Part shown: piece by piece, positions 40,616 through 52,738 of the stretch
Layout of the letters: each line of letters starts with the position of its first letter
Numbering within the stretch: position 1 is the first letter of the stretch
Source: Alphaproteobacteria bacterium
Lineage (GTDB): Bacteria > Pseudomonadota > Alphaproteobacteria > Thalassobaculales > Thalassobaculaceae
DNA: 64,000 nucleotides
Assembly: GCA_038146985.1 (NCBI GenBank)
Contig: JAYQSQ010000018.1
Coordinates: forward strand, 133,349-197,348
Direction of reading: 5' to 3'
Made by a program: the position numbers and the translations under genes
Notes under the pieces: generated by a model
Told to the model about the DNA's origin: nothing
What the model saw: the letters and a program-made list of their open reading frames with translations, nothing else
Database searches by the model: none

Positions 40616-42334
40616 ATGTCGGACCTACCACAACAGCCGATGGTCATGGCGCGGCGGTACATGGTCGTTGCCGGCCATTACCTTGCCGCGGAGGCGGGCT
40701 TGAAGATGCTCGAGGCCGGCGGCAATGCGATCGACGCGGGGGTCGCCGCGGGTATCGCCCTCGGTGTCGTCCACAGCGACCAGGTCCAGTTTTCCGGTGT
40801 CGCGCCGATGCTGATCTATCTCGCGGAAGCCGACAAAGTAGTCAGCATCGCCGGGCTCGGTCCTTGGCCCCGAGCGGCAAGCCTCGGGATGTTCACTCGC
40901 CAGCATGGCGGCGAAATCCCGCTGGGGCTGCTCCGGACCGTTGTGCCGGCGGCCCCCGACGCGTGGATCACGGCGCTGTCGAGCTTTGGCACAATGTCCT
41001 TCGCCGAAGTGGCGGCGCCGGCGATCCGCTATGCCCGCGACGGGTTCACCGTGCATCCGGTGATGGCCAAGTTCATCGAGCGTTACCAGGAAAACTATCG
41101 GCGCTGGCCCAGCAACGCGGCGATCTGGCTGAAGGACGGAAAGCCGCCGGTTGTGGGAGATCTGCTGGTCCAAAGCGATCTCGCGGCCAGTCTGCAATAC
41201 ATGGCGGACCAAGAGACCGCCGCTGCGAGTCAGGGGCGGCAGGCGGCCCTCAAGGCAGCGCGCGACGCGTTTTACGTGGGCGACATCGCCCGCAAGATCG
41301 TTGCCTATCACGAGGAGAATGGCGGCCTGCTGGCGGCCGAGGATCTGGCGGATTATCACACGCCGGTCGAGGAGCCGTTGAGCGTCGATTTCGCTGGTCA
41401 TCGGGTCTATAGCTGCCGGCCCTGGTGCCAGGGGCCGACCTTGCTGCAGATGCTGAGAATCCTGGAAGGCTTTGACCTGAAGGCGATGGGGCACAACACC
41501 GCCGACTATGTTCATACCTTGTCAGAGACGATGAAGCTGGTCTTCGCCGACCGGGAACGCTTCTACGGCGACCCCGACGTGATCGACGTGCCGATCGAGC
41601 GTCTGCTTTCACCCGAGTTCGCTGCCGAACGGCGCGGGCAGATCGATAGGGCCCATGCCTGGCCCGGAATGCCGCCGGCAGGCGAAATTACGGGCCATGG
41701 CGGCGTTTCCTTCGCGCCCCATGTGGACCGCTCCGCATCCGTCGCGGCGGCGGATACCTCCTATACCTGCACCATGGACGCGGCGGGGAACGTCTGCTCG
41801 ATCACGCCGAGCGACGTGTCCTTCGAAAGCCCGGCGATACCGGGGCTTGGTTTCTGCCCGTCGGCTCGGGGCTCGCAATCCTTCGCATTGGAAGGGCATG
41901 CCTCGGCGATCGCTCCGGGCAAGCGGCCGAGGCTGACTCCCAATCCGGCCATGGTATTGACTCCGGGTAAGCTCGCCATGCCGTTCGGCGCGCCGGGTGG
42001 GGACGCGCAGCCCCAGGGGATGCTGCAGGTTCTGCTGAATCACCTGGTGTTCGGCATGGAGATTCAGCCGGCTATCGAGGCGCCGCGCTTCACCACCCAT
42101 AGCCAGCCCAATACTTTCGAGCCGCACGCGTCCAAACCCGGCCGGCTGGTGATCGAGGAGGGTGTTGCGCCCGATGTCGGGGCGGATCTCGCGACCCGCG
42201 GCCACGATGTCGAGTGGCATGGCCCGAGGTCGGATTCGGTGGCCGGGGTTTGCGCGATCAGCGCCGACCTCGCGACCGGGCTGATTTCAGGCGGCGCGGA
42301 CCCGCGCCGGTCGGGCCGCGCGATGGGGTTTTGA
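40616..42334 (+). CDS. gamma-glutamyltransferase family protein
   Basis: MVVAGHYLAAEAGLKMLEAGGNAIDAGVAAG...DTSYTCTMDAAGN (autoprocessing Thr region)...GAPGGDAQPQ. Start at ATG 40616. Confidence 0.85.
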   Translation: MSDLPQQPMVMARRYMVVAGHYLAAEAGLKMLEAGGNAIDAGVAAGIALGVVHSDQVQFSGVAPMLIYLAEADKVVSIAGLGPWPRAASLGMFTRQHGGEIPLGLLRTVVPAAPDAWITALSSFGTMSFAEVAAPAIRYARDGFTVHPVMAKFIERYQENYRRWPSNAAIWLKDGKPPVVGDLLVQSDLAASLQYMADQETAAASQGRQAALKAARDAFYVGDIARKIVAYHEENGGLLAAEDLADYHTPVEEPLSVDFAGHRVYSCRPWCQGPTLLQMLRILEGFDLKAMGHNTADYVHTLSETMKLVFADRERFYGDPDVIDVPIERLLSPEFAAERRGQIDRAHAWPGMPPAGEITGHGGVSFAPHVDRSASVAAADTSYTCTMDAAGNVCSITPSDVSFESPAIPGLGFCPSARGSQSFALEGHASAIAPGKRPRLTPNPAMVLTPGKLAMPFGAPGGDAQPQGMLQVLLNHLVFGMEIQPAIEAPRFTTHSQPNTFEPHASKPGRLVIEEGVAPDVGADLATRGHDVEWHGPRSDSVAGVCAISADLATGLISGGADPRRSGRAMGF

Positions 42335-42335
42335 C

Positions 42336-43499
42336 GTGCCGAGGTCCGCTATGACCGATGCAATTGGGGCCGAGGCCGGCGATGCCGCCTCGGTGCCGGG
42401 GCCTCTCGCCGGTGTGCGGGTGCTCGATTTCACCATGTATGTCGCCGGTCCTTACTGCTCGCGCCTGATGGCCGACATGGGCGCCGAGGTCATCAAGGTG
42501 GAGCCTCCGGGTGGGGAAGTCATGCGCAACGCCCCGCCGTTCCAGGGCACGCAAAGCGCCTATTTCGGGCATCTCAACTGCGGCAAGAAATGCATCGAGC
42601 TCGACCTCAAGGACCCGGCCGCGATCGCGGCGATCAAGCGGCTTGTGTTGGGCGTCGACGTGGTTCTCGAGAATTACCGGCCCGGCGTGATGGCCCGGCT
42701 TGGTCTCGGGTATGACGCGCTCTGCGCGCTCAAGCCGGATCTGATCTATTGCTCGGTCTCCGGTTACGGGCAGACGGGATCGGAGGCGGGGAAGCCCGCT
42801 TTCGCCACCATCATCAACGCCTCTAGCGGCTTCGACATGATGATGATGGATTACGAGACCTCGCTGGACCGACCGCTGCGGCATCGCAGCAACGCGCCGG
42901 ATTTCATGGGCGGCGTGCATGCCTGTTCCGCTATCTGCGCGGCTCTCTTCGGGCGCGAACGCAACGGCCGGGGACAGCGGATCGACGTTGCGATGATCGA
43001 TGCGATCCACAACATGATGGCCTATGAGTATCAGGCGGCTCAGGTCGAGAACCCGGCCAAGGCGCCGGTCTTTGCGCCGATCCGGGCGGCCGACGGGTTT
43101 CTCATGGTGGCACCGGTCAGCCAGGCGAATTTCGCGGCCCTGGCCCGCGCGGTCGGCCGGGAGGAGTTCATCACGGATGCCCGCTTCGCCGAACCCCGGG
43201 CCCGCATGGAGAACTGGGACGCGTTGCTGGGTTTGATCGAAGGCGAAGTCGTGAAATTGAGTGCCGAGGAAGCCGAGCGGCGGATCAATGAAGCCGGATG
43301 CCCCTGCGCGCGTTACCTGACGCTTGCGCAGTCCATGTCCCGCCCCCATGTCGACGAGCGCGGCGCGGCGGTCGAGGTGGGCGAGGCGGGCCAAAGCTAC
43401 CGGGTCGCCAACACGCCGATGCTGTTCACCGCGACCGATGTCGGCGCGCGGACCTGGGTCGCGGCGCCGGGCGAGCATAACCAGGAAATCTTGGGTTAG
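42336..43499 (+). CDS. CaiB/BaiF family (class III) CoA-transferase
   Basis: GPLAGVRVLDFTMYVAGPYCSRLMADMGAEVIKVEPPGG...ENYRPGVMARLGLGYD. GTG at 42336 or ATG at 42351. Confidence 0.85.
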   Translation: MPRSAMTDAIGAEAGDAASVPGPLAGVRVLDFTMYVAGPYCSRLMADMGAEVIKVEPPGGEVMRNAPPFQGTQSAYFGHLNCGKKCIELDLKDPAAIAAIKRLVLGVDVVLENYRPGVMARLGLGYDALCALKPDLIYCSVSGYGQTGSEAGKPAFATIINASSGFDMMMMDYETSLDRPLRHRSNAPDFMGGVHACSAICAALFGRERNGRGQRIDVAMIDAIHNMMAYEYQAAQVENPAKAPVFAPIRAADGFLMVAPVSQANFAALARAVGREEFITDARFAEPRARMENWDALLGLIEGEVVKLSAEEAERRINEAGCPCARYLTLAQSMSRPHVDERGAAVEVGEAGQSYRVANTPMLFTATDVGARTWVAAPGEHNQEILG

Positions 43500-43532
43500 C
43501 GTGAGCTCGCCGCTTCATTAGGAGTCAATTTC

Positions 43533-44534
43533 TTGCGTCTGTCTGTTCTTGATCAATCCATCGCCGTGGCAGGGCGTCCCCAAGGTGCCGCGATCCGTGA
43601 GACGGTTGCCTTGGCCAAGCATTGCGAGGCGCTCGGTTATCACCGGTTCTGGGTTTCGGAGCATCACAACCACCCCGCCATCGTCGGTACCGCGCCGGAG
43701 ATCGTCATCGCCGCCATCGCCGCGACGACCGAACGGATCCGGGTCGGCAGCGCCGGCGTGATGTTGCCCCACTACGCGCCCTTCAAGGTGGCCGAGCAGT
43801 TCCGGGTCCTGGATGCCCTGGCGCCGGGCCGGATCGATCTGGGTTTGGGCCGGGCGCCGGGCTCGGACGGCCTGACCGCCTTCGCCCTCAACCCACAGGC
43901 GGCGGACCGGCCGAACCAGTTTCCGAACGACGTCATGGATCTCAATGCCTGGGTGCATGGGGAGCCGCTGCAGGAAGGCCACACCTTCGCCCGCCTGAAG
44001 GCGCAACCCCAGGGTGAGACTGCCCCCGAGCTTTGGATTCTCGGCAGTTCAGCCTATGGCGCGCAGGTCGCGGCCTATTTCGGCCTTCCCTATTCCTTCG
44101 CCTGGTTCTTCTCGGACGGCGCCATGGGCGAACAGGCCCTGAAGCTCTACCGCGACAATTACAAGCCGAGCGAGAGGCACCCGGAACCGCGTTCGGGGAT
44201 CTGCGTTTGGGCGCTTGCCGCGAAAACCCATGAGGAGGCGCAGTATCATTATACCTCGCGCGCGCGCTGGCAGCTCTACCGCGACCGGGGCCTGCACCTG
44301 ACCTTCGAGAGCCCGGAGGATGCAATGGCCCATGCCTACAACGAGCGGGAGGAGGCTCGGATCGCCGAGCTGCGCAAGACGTCCTTCGTAGGCACCGGCG
44401 AGGAGGTGATGACCCGAATCAACGAGTTGGCTGGGCGGCTCGGCGTAGACGAGGTGGCGATCGTCACCTGGGCGCATAGCGAGCAGGCCCGCCGCGACAG
44501 TTATGCCGAGATCGCCAGGGTGGCGGGGCTATAG
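43533..44534 (+). CDS. LLM-class (luciferase-like) flavin-dependent oxidoreductase
   Basis: MRLSVLDQS...LGYHRFWVSEHHN...IRVGSAGVMLPHYAPFKVAEQF...GRIDLGLGRAPG. TTG start. Confidence 0.85.
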   Translation: MRLSVLDQSIAVAGRPQGAAIRETVALAKHCEALGYHRFWVSEHHNHPAIVGTAPEIVIAAIAATTERIRVGSAGVMLPHYAPFKVAEQFRVLDALAPGRIDLGLGRAPGSDGLTAFALNPQAADRPNQFPNDVMDLNAWVHGEPLQEGHTFARLKAQPQGETAPELWILGSSAYGAQVAAYFGLPYSFAWFFSDGAMGEQALKLYRDNYKPSERHPEPRSGICVWALAAKTHEEAQYHYTSRARWQLYRDRGLHLTFESPEDAMAHAYNEREEARIAELRKTSFVGTGEEVMTRINELAGRLGVDEVAIVTWAHSEQARRDSYAEIARVAGL

Positions 44535-44642
44535 CCGCCATCGAAGGGGTGTTGTTTGCCGGACGTGGATTGACCCCGGGGATCTGGGGGAGGAAACTGC
44601 CCGCCAATTTCCGCCGCTCCATTCCGAACCCGGGAGATCCCG

Positions 44643-45425
44643 ATGAACTTCGTCTCTTCAAAAGCTCAAGCCCAAGGCCATACCGCCGAACAGTGGCAGG
44701 CCCGTGTCGATCTCGCGGCTGCGCATCGCTGCGCCGTCATGCACGATTTGCACGAGGGTATCTTCAACCATCTGACCTATCGGGTGCCGGGCCACACCGA
44801 CCGCTACTATCAGATCCCGTTCGGCACCCATTGGTCCGAGGTGAACGCAAGCTGCTTCATGGAAGTCGGCTATGACGGTGAGGTGAAGCGTGGCGAGGGC
44901 ATCGTCGAACGCTCCGCCTATTGCATCCACGCACCGATGCACCGGGACATGCCCAATGCGGCGGCGGTCTTCCACACCCACATGCCCTTTGCCAGCGCGC
45001 TGACCCGCCTGGAGGATCAGCATATCCAGCCGATCGGCCAGACTGAGCTCGGTACCATGATGAAGACCGGGTACGACGAATCCTATGACGGCCCCGGCCT
45101 AGACCCCGCCGAGGGCGAACGTCTTTCCAAGGCCTGCGGCGATAACACCGTCATGCTGATGGCCAATCACGGCGCGCTCACTCTGGGCAACACGATCGCC
45201 GAAGCCTATGACCGGCTTTACTATCTGGAGCGCGTTGCCCAGGTGCAGCTTTACGCCATGTGGACCGGGCGGCCGCTGCGCAAGCTGCCGGAACCGATCA
45301 TCGAGAAGACCTACAAGACCTACCAAGGCTCGGCGATGCGCTATGGCGGCCGTGCCAATGCCGAATGGCATTTCGACGCGCTGAAGCGGATTCTCGACCG
45401 CAAAGAGCCGGACTACGCGGACTAA
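44643..45425 (+). CDS. class II aldolase/adducin-domain protein
   Basis: HLTYRVPG...IHAPMHRDMPNAAAVFHTHMPFASAL...ANHGALTLG, the metal-binding His pattern of the family. Confidence 0.8.
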   Translation: MNFVSSKAQAQGHTAEQWQARVDLAAAHRCAVMHDLHEGIFNHLTYRVPGHTDRYYQIPFGTHWSEVNASCFMEVGYDGEVKRGEGIVERSAYCIHAPMHRDMPNAAAVFHTHMPFASALTRLEDQHIQPIGQTELGTMMKTGYDESYDGPGLDPAEGERLSKACGDNTVMLMANHGALTLGNTIAEAYDRLYYLERVAQVQLYAMWTGRPLRKLPEPIIEKTYKTYQGSAMRYGGRANAEWHFDALKRILDRKEPDYAD

Positions 45426-45487
45426 TCACCGCCAGGTTAGGTGGCGGGCTCGATCGACGCGCGGGATGTGGGCGAAGTTTCGCTCGT

Positions 45488-46126
45488 CTAATCCCAAAGC
45501 GTCGGTCGCGTGGCGGCGATGCTGGGTCGGTGCCGAATGCCTTCCCACCATCTGACCAATCTCGGGTAGCGCGCGAAGCACGCGCTGCCTTCTTCGGGCC
45601 GGGTGAAATAGTCGACCATCGGTGCGAGATGCAGGTCCGCCAGACTCACCTCATCGCCGAGAAGGAACGGTCCGTCACGGCTGAGGCCTTCGAGGACGCC
45701 GAGGCAATGGGCGGACTTTTCCAACCCCTCGGCGACCGCCGCCTCATCGGTCACGCCGCCCCGGGCCGGTTTCGAGATCCGCTCCAGGAACACCTGGCGC
45801 ACCATCGGCCGGTAGCCGTAACTGTCGATGATGCCGATGATCCGAGTCATGCGCGCGCGGTCCTTTGCCTCGGCGGGCTGCAGGCGCGGGCCGTCGAAGG
45901 CCTCGTCCACATAGCGGGCAATCGCGGCGGTCTCGTAGACCGAAAACCCGTCATGTTCCAGCACCGGCACGCGGTTGAAGGGATGCCGCTTCAGATGCTC
46001 AGGAGAGATTTCAGGGGCAAAGGGGTTGACCTCGGCAAGCGTGTAGTCGACCCGCTTTTCGGCCAGAGCCAGCCGCGCCACCCGGACATAGACGCTGTAA
46101 TGCATGCCGTGCAGCGTCACGGCCAC
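45488..46126 (-). CDS. glutathione S-transferase
   Basis: TLHGMHYSVYVRVARLALAEKRVDY...NRVPVLEHDGFSVYETAAIARYV (thioredoxin-like N-domain) plus a helical C-domain. Start moved to the GTG at 46126 to avoid overlap with the upstream gene. Confidence 0.85.
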   Translation of the reverse strand: MAVTLHGMHYSVYVRVARLALAEKRVDYTLAEVNPFAPEISPEHLKRHPFNRVPVLEHDGFSVYETAAIARYVDEAFDGPRLQPAEAKDRARMTRIIGIIDSYGYRPMVRQVFLERISKPARGGVTDEAAVAEGLEKSAHCLGVLEGLSRDGPFLLGDEVSLADLHLAPMVDYFTRPEEGSACFARYPRLVRWWEGIRHRPSIAATRPTLWD

Positions 46127-46127
46127 G

Positions 46128-47836
<1,709 letters not shown>

Positions 47837-47943
47837 TCAAAGGTTTCGTCTGTGTAGCGTCCGACATGCCGCGCCAGCAAGCCCGTTTCCCGGGACCGCC
47901 CGCTGGTCTATAGTCCGGCCAACCCCTTGACGGAGAAAACACC

Positions 47944-49488
47944 ATGGCCCTGGCTGGACACAATTCCGGTAACCGACTGACCGTTCGCCTGCATCCCCGG
48001 GACAATGTCGTCACCGCGCGGGTCGAAATGCTGGCCGGCACCGGTATCGACGATGAAGGCGTTTCGGTCATTGCGCCGGTGCCGTCGGGCCACAAGATCG
48101 CCACCCGTGCGATCGCGAAGGGCGAGGAAATCCGCAAATACGACCAGGTCATCGGCTTTGCCAGCAAGGATGTCGCGCCGGGCGAGCATGTGCATGTCCA
48201 CAACGTGGAGATGAAGGATTTCGACCGGGACTATCAGTTCTGCGAAGGGGTGACGACCACCGCCTATGTTCCCGAAGCCGAGCGCCGCACCTTCGAGGGC
48301 TATGTGCGGGCGAACGGCCGGGTTGGCACCCGCAATTATATCGGTGTTCTGACCAGCGTGAACTGCTCGGCGACGGCGGCGAAATACATTGCCGACGCGG
48401 TGTCCGATGAACTGATGGCAAAACACCCGACGGTGGACGGGGTCGTGGCGCTCACCCACTCGACGGGCTGCGGCATGGCCGGGGCGGGCGAGGGCTACGC
48501 CAACCTCCAGCGCGTGCTCTGGGGCTTTGCCCAGCATCCGAATTTCGCCGGCATCCTGATGGTCGGCCTTGGCTGCGAGGTCAATCAGATCGACTTCCTG
48601 CTCGAAGCCTATGGGCTGGAACGGGGTCCGAGGTTCCAGACCATGACGCTTCAGGATACCGGCGGTACCCGCAAGACCGTGGAGCGCGGGCTCGGACTGA
48701 TCACCGACATGCTGCCCGAGGCCGGCAGGGCGAAGCGGCAGACGGTGCCGGTGAGCGAGCTGACCCTGGCGCTGCAATGCGGCGGGTCGGACGCCTATTC
48801 CGGCATGACCGCCAACCCGGCGCTTGGCGCGGCGGCGACCTTGCTGGTCCGGCACGGCGGCACCGCGGTGCTGTCCGAGACGCCGGAGATCTATGGCGCC
48901 GAGCACCTGCTGACCCGCCGCGCGGTCACCCGCGAGGTCGGTGAGAAGCTGGTGGAGCGGATCAAGTGGTGGGAAGACTATTGCGAGCGCAATGGCGGCG
49001 AGATGAACAACAACCCCTCACCCGGCAACAAGGCCGGCGGGCTCACCACCATCCTTGAGAAATCCCTCGGCGCGGCGGCGAAGGGCGGGGTGACCAATCT
49101 CTGCGGTGTCTATCACTATGCCGAGCGGATCGACACCAAGGGCTTCGTCTTCATGGACAGCCCCGGATACGATCCCTGCTCGATCACCGGCCAGGTGGCG
49201 AGCGGCTCCAACGTCGTCGCGTTCACCACCGGGCGCGGCTCCTGCTACGGCTGCAAGCCGGCGCCGTCGCTGAAGCTGGCGACCAACACCACCATGTACC
49301 GGCGCATGGAAGAGGACATGGACATCAATTGCGGCGAGGTCCTGGACGAGGATCTCTCCATCGAGGAGATGGGCGAGCGGATCTTCGACAAGGTGGTGCG
49401 CACCGCATCCGGCGAGCCGACCAAGAGCGAGGAGCTCGGCATCGGCGACAACGAGTTCATCCCCTGGCAGATCGGCGCCACGATGTAG
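47944..49488 (+). CDS. UxaA-family sugar-acid dehydratase (altronate/galactarate dehydratase-like)
   Basis: N-terminal SAF-like beta-clip (NVVTARVEMLAGT...GHKIATRAI.KGEEIRKYDQVIG) and a large C-terminal UxaA domain. 514 aa. Confidence 0.85.
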   Translation: MALAGHNSGNRLTVRLHPRDNVVTARVEMLAGTGIDDEGVSVIAPVPSGHKIATRAIAKGEEIRKYDQVIGFASKDVAPGEHVHVHNVEMKDFDRDYQFCEGVTTTAYVPEAERRTFEGYVRANGRVGTRNYIGVLTSVNCSATAAKYIADAVSDELMAKHPTVDGVVALTHSTGCGMAGAGEGYANLQRVLWGFAQHPNFAGILMVGLGCEVNQIDFLLEAYGLERGPRFQTMTLQDTGGTRKTVERGLGLITDMLPEAGRAKRQTVPVSELTLALQCGGSDAYSGMTANPALGAAATLLVRHGGTAVLSETPEIYGAEHLLTRRAVTREVGEKLVERIKWWEDYCERNGGEMNNNPSPGNKAGGLTTILEKSLGAAAKGGVTNLCGVYHYAERIDTKGFVFMDSPGYDPCSITGQVASGSNVVAFTTGRGSCYGCKPAPSLKLATNTTMYRRMEEDMDINCGEVLDEDLSIEEMGERIFDKVVRTASGEPTKSEELGIGDNEFIPWQIGATM

Positions 49489-49505
49489 GGGCAGGGCGCT
49501 CCGGC

Positions 49506-49994
49506 GTGAGTGATTTCAAGGACAGCTACCTTGGACGCCTGCGCGAGGTTGTCGGCAACCGTCTGATCCTGATGCCCGGTGCCCGCTGCATCATCGAGCG
49601 GGGTGACGGACGAATTCTGTTCCAGAAGCGTGCGGACAACGGTCTTTGGTGCATCCCTTCCGGTTATGCCGAAGTGAATGAGGATATTGTTAGAGTCATG
49701 CTGCGCGAGGTGCGCGAGGAAACCGGACTTGAAGTGCTGGACGCCAAGCCCTGGGGATACTCATCTGACCCGCGCTTTGAGACGATGCACTATCCCAACG
49801 GCGATGTGGTGCAGGCCTTTGGCCTAGATTTTCATGCGAGCCGGTGGAGCGGCACCTTGCATGCCGAAGGCGTCGAGACCGAAGCCCTGGACTGGTTCGC
49901 GCCCGACGCGCTGCCGCCGCTCCTGGAGGGGCATTTACGGGCGCTGGCGCGTTTTCAGACCTTCAAGCGGACGGGGGAGTTCCAGCTCTACTGA
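49506..49994 (+). CDS. NUDIX hydrolase
   Basis: Nudix box GYAEVNEDIVRVMLREVREETGLEV. GTG start at 49506 within ORF 49329..49994. Confidence 0.8.
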   Translation: MSDFKDSYLGRLREVVGNRLILMPGARCIIERGDGRILFQKRADNGLWCIPSGYAEVNEDIVRVMLREVREETGLEVLDAKPWGYSSDPRFETMHYPNGDVVQAFGLDFHASRWSGTLHAEGVETEALDWFAPDALPPLLEGHLRALARFQTFKRTGEFQLY

Positions 49995-50013
49995 CGGCGC
50001 GGATTTCTCTTGG

Positions 50014-51579
50014 TCACTTCACGAAAAGCGTCGATCCCGTCAGCAACGCCGCGATCCCGTCATCAAACATGAAGGTCCGCATGGCGTCTTCGAAGCTATG
50101 GACGATGGGTTCGGGGCCGATATTGAAGCTGGTGTTGGCCAGCACCGGGCAGCCGGTCGCGGTATGATAGTCCTCGATCACCGGATGCAACGGGTGGGCC
50201 TGGTCGAGAATCTGGATCCGGACCGAGCCGTCGAGATGAACACAACTTGGGGCCTTTTCCTTGAGGGTGTCAGAGGCCTTTGCCGCGACATTCATGAAGC
50301 GCAGATCCGCATTGACCGGCCCGGCAAGGCATTGTGGGGCCAGCGCTCTCGTGGTGACCGGCGCGACTGGCCGCCACCACTGGCGGCGTTTTACCTTGTT
50401 GAGTTTCTCGCGGGTTGTTTCGGCATGGCCGCCGGCGATCAGGCTGCGGTTGCATAGCGCGCGTGGCCCGACCTCGTCGCGTCCGGTACACACCGCGACG
50501 ATCTTCCCGGCGGCTAGGAGGTCGACGATCCGGCCCGAGCTGAAGTCTTCCTGTGTCAGCACGCCGGGAACCATCGCCGGATCGGGCTTGGCGTCGAGGC
50601 CGAGATAGGCATGCTCGAATGGAACCCTTTCGCCCCGGGAAAGTGCCAGGGAAACGGCGGCCCCGAAAGCCGTGCCGGCATCGGTCGAAGCGGGCTGCAC
50701 GACAATCCGGCGATCCGGATAACGCTCGGCCAGTAGGCCGTTGGCGGTACAGTTAAGCGCGCAGCCGCCGGCGAGCATGATCGATCGGTCCTCGGGCCGC
50801 AGGTGGGTCTCGACCAGGCACGTCAGCGCGCGCTCGAAGTAGCGCTGGGTGGTCAGTGCCCAGTCCGCCCGGTCCTGAAACTCGGTCGGCCGCTCGATTC
50901 CCGTCAGGAAGCGCTCCATCGCGTTGCGCTCCGGCAGCAGGGTTTCCTGGTCGAACATTGTTTCGGGAAGCTCGCGCGGTGTCTTGCCGAGAGCCGCCAG
51001 CCCCATCAGCGTGCCTTCCCCAGAATGGTAGCGGAAGCCACAGAGCACGGTGAAATAGCTGTAGAAGACGCCGAGCGAATATTCCGGAGGGATGGTCGCA
51101 AGTGGGGCAAGGGACGTGCCGTTCCAGCGTGCAATCAGACCGGCATGGGCACCGCCCCATCCATCAAGGGAGACGACCAGTCCGGGTTCGAACCGGTTCT
51201 GTGCGATCACCGAATAGGCATGGGCCTCCTGATGGTCGACGAAGACCACGCGATGGCCCTGAAAACGCCGAAAGATATCGGCCTGCCCGCCGACGATGCG
51301 CAAGGTCTTTTCGGGATCGCGAAGAAAGGCTTCTGACGAGTCGGCCGACAACCCGACCTGCTCCGGGCTTGCGTATTGAAATCCGACGGCGATGTCGTAT
51401 TCCTCGCCTAGAACAGCACGCGAGATTTCGACCGCTCGGGCCGGGAAAACATGCGGTGCGTGCTTGAAGCGTATGGGCCGCTCCTCTTCCAGAAAGAACC
51501 GGAGCGCGCTGTCTTCGACCGCACACGCGGCGGAATTCCAGGAGATCGGGTGACTGATTCCGAGGATCTTCACGTTCAA
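50014..51579 (-). CDS. NodU/CmcH-family carbamoyltransferase
   Basis: VKILGISHPISWNSAACAV...FFLEEERPIRFKH N-terminal ASKHA-like domain and a C-terminal YrdC-like/transfer domain (LANTSFN). TTG at 51579 or GTG at 51573. Confidence 0.85.
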   Translation of the reverse strand: MNVKILGISHPISWNSAACAVEDSALRFFLEEERPIRFKHAPHVFPARAVEISRAVLGEEYDIAVGFQYASPEQVGLSADSSEAFLRDPEKTLRIVGGQADIFRRFQGHRVVFVDHQEAHAYSVIAQNRFEPGLVVSLDGWGGAHAGLIARWNGTSLAPLATIPPEYSLGVFYSYFTVLCGFRYHSGEGTLMGLAALGKTPRELPETMFDQETLLPERNAMERFLTGIERPTEFQDRADWALTTQRYFERALTCLVETHLRPEDRSIMLAGGCALNCTANGLLAERYPDRRIVVQPASTDAGTAFGAAVSLALSRGERVPFEHAYLGLDAKPDPAMVPGVLTQEDFSSGRIVDLLAAGKIVAVCTGRDEVGPRALCNRSLIAGGHAETTREKLNKVKRRQWWRPVAPVTTRALAPQCLAGPVNADLRFMNVAAKASDTLKEKAPSCVHLDGSVRIQILDQAHPLHPVIEDYHTATGCPVLANTSFNIGPEPIVHSFEDAMRTFMFDDGIAALLTGSTLFVK

Positions 51580-51686
51580 ACGGTCCTGGCTCGAAAGGGG
51601 CGGGAGGTTGGCGGCGGATCGGCAAGGAGGGGTTTTAGCTCAATCGGGGGTGAAAATCCCAAAATCTTCCGGCGGGTCGCGAAACG

Positions 51687-52535
51687 TCATCCCCGCTCGA
51701 ACAGTTGCTGGACGATGGTGGGTTGCGATTTGGCGATGTTCAGGGTCTGCACGCTCAATTGCTGCTGAACCTGCGCGGCGGCGAGCGCGGCGGCTTCCCT
51801 GGCGAGATCCGCGTCGACGATGTTTCCGAGCCCGCCCGAAACCTGATCGCGGATCTGGATCAGGTTATCGACCTGGAACTCAAGCTGCCTAGAGTCGGCG
51901 CCGAGATCGCCCAGCGCGCTGTTCATGAAGGAGATGTTGGTGTTCCAGATGTTCAGCGCTGCGTTGGCGTTGGCGATGCTGTTCAAGTCCTCGTTCGCGA
52001 GGCGCGCGTAAATCAGGTCCAGACGATGGCCGCCGAGTCGAATTGTATCGCCGCGGGTGTTGGAGAGGACATCGAGGTTGAGGACTTGCCCGACCGCCAA
52101 ATTGAAAGGGACCGCGATTTCGATAAGCAGGTTGATGCTATTGAAAGTGGAGTTTTCCAAAATGTTTCGCATGTCGGCGAGAAGGTTCACGTAGTCATTC
52201 TGGATAATCTGCCGCTGTTGGGTGGTGATGCCGGGATTGCTGGCTTCGATGATTTTGACGCGGATGTCGTTCAGGATATCCGAAGTCGCCTCGGCGCCGG
52301 CGACCGCGACCTTGGCGACGCCCTTGGCGGAATTCAGCCCCTGGATAACGGCATCGATGGCCCTGAGTTCGCCCCTCAATCCTTGAGAGATCGCGAAATT
52401 GGAGGCATCGTCAAGAGCGCCCCGGAGCTTCTGGCCGGTGGACACGGCCTTGCTCGACTCGGCAACCCGGGTGTTCACCTCCCGCAGTGTCTGCAGGCCG
52501 GAGAACAGCGACGGATTTGTCAGTATCGACAGCAA
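51687..52535 (-). CDS. flagellin (short alphaproteobacterial type)
   Basis: (M)LSILTNPSLFSGLQTLREVN...STGQKL N-terminal D0/D1 and C-terminal LGADSRQLEFQV...IVDADLAREAAALAAAQVQQQLSVQTLNIA. 282 aa. TTG start. Confidence 0.9.
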   Translation of the reverse strand: MLSILTNPSLFSGLQTLREVNTRVAESSKAVSTGQKLRGALDDASNFAISQGLRGELRAIDAVIQGLNSAKGVAKVAVAGAEATSDILNDIRVKIIEASNPGITTQQRQIIQNDYVNLLADMRNILENSTFNSINLLIEIAVPFNLAVGQVLNLDVLSNTRGDTIRLGGHRLDLIYARLANEDLNSIANANAALNIWNTNISFMNSALGDLGADSRQLEFQVDNLIQIRDQVSGGLGNIVDADLAREAAALAAAQVQQQLSVQTLNIAKSQPTIVQQLFERG

Positions 52536-52738
52536 TTGTTGCCCACCGATCGGCAGAATTTACCTAATGCATTGAAAATTATAGAATTTTTAATAGATTT
52601 TGTCGAGGTGTGATCGTTCTTCCGTCATCCCAACGAGGTCGATTGAGTGGAACGGCGCTTGGACCCTGGGTATCGCTTGCGATATGACCGGCTCGTGCAC
52701 AAGTCGCATATCCAGCGCCGCGCGGCTGGGGAGGAAAA

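Noticed and set aside
45434-45456. Short hairpin CCGCCA-7 nt-TGGCGG between the convergent aldolase and GST genes, as a possible bidirectional terminator.
   Set aside because: It has only a 6-bp stem and no flanking T or A runs. Too weak to call.
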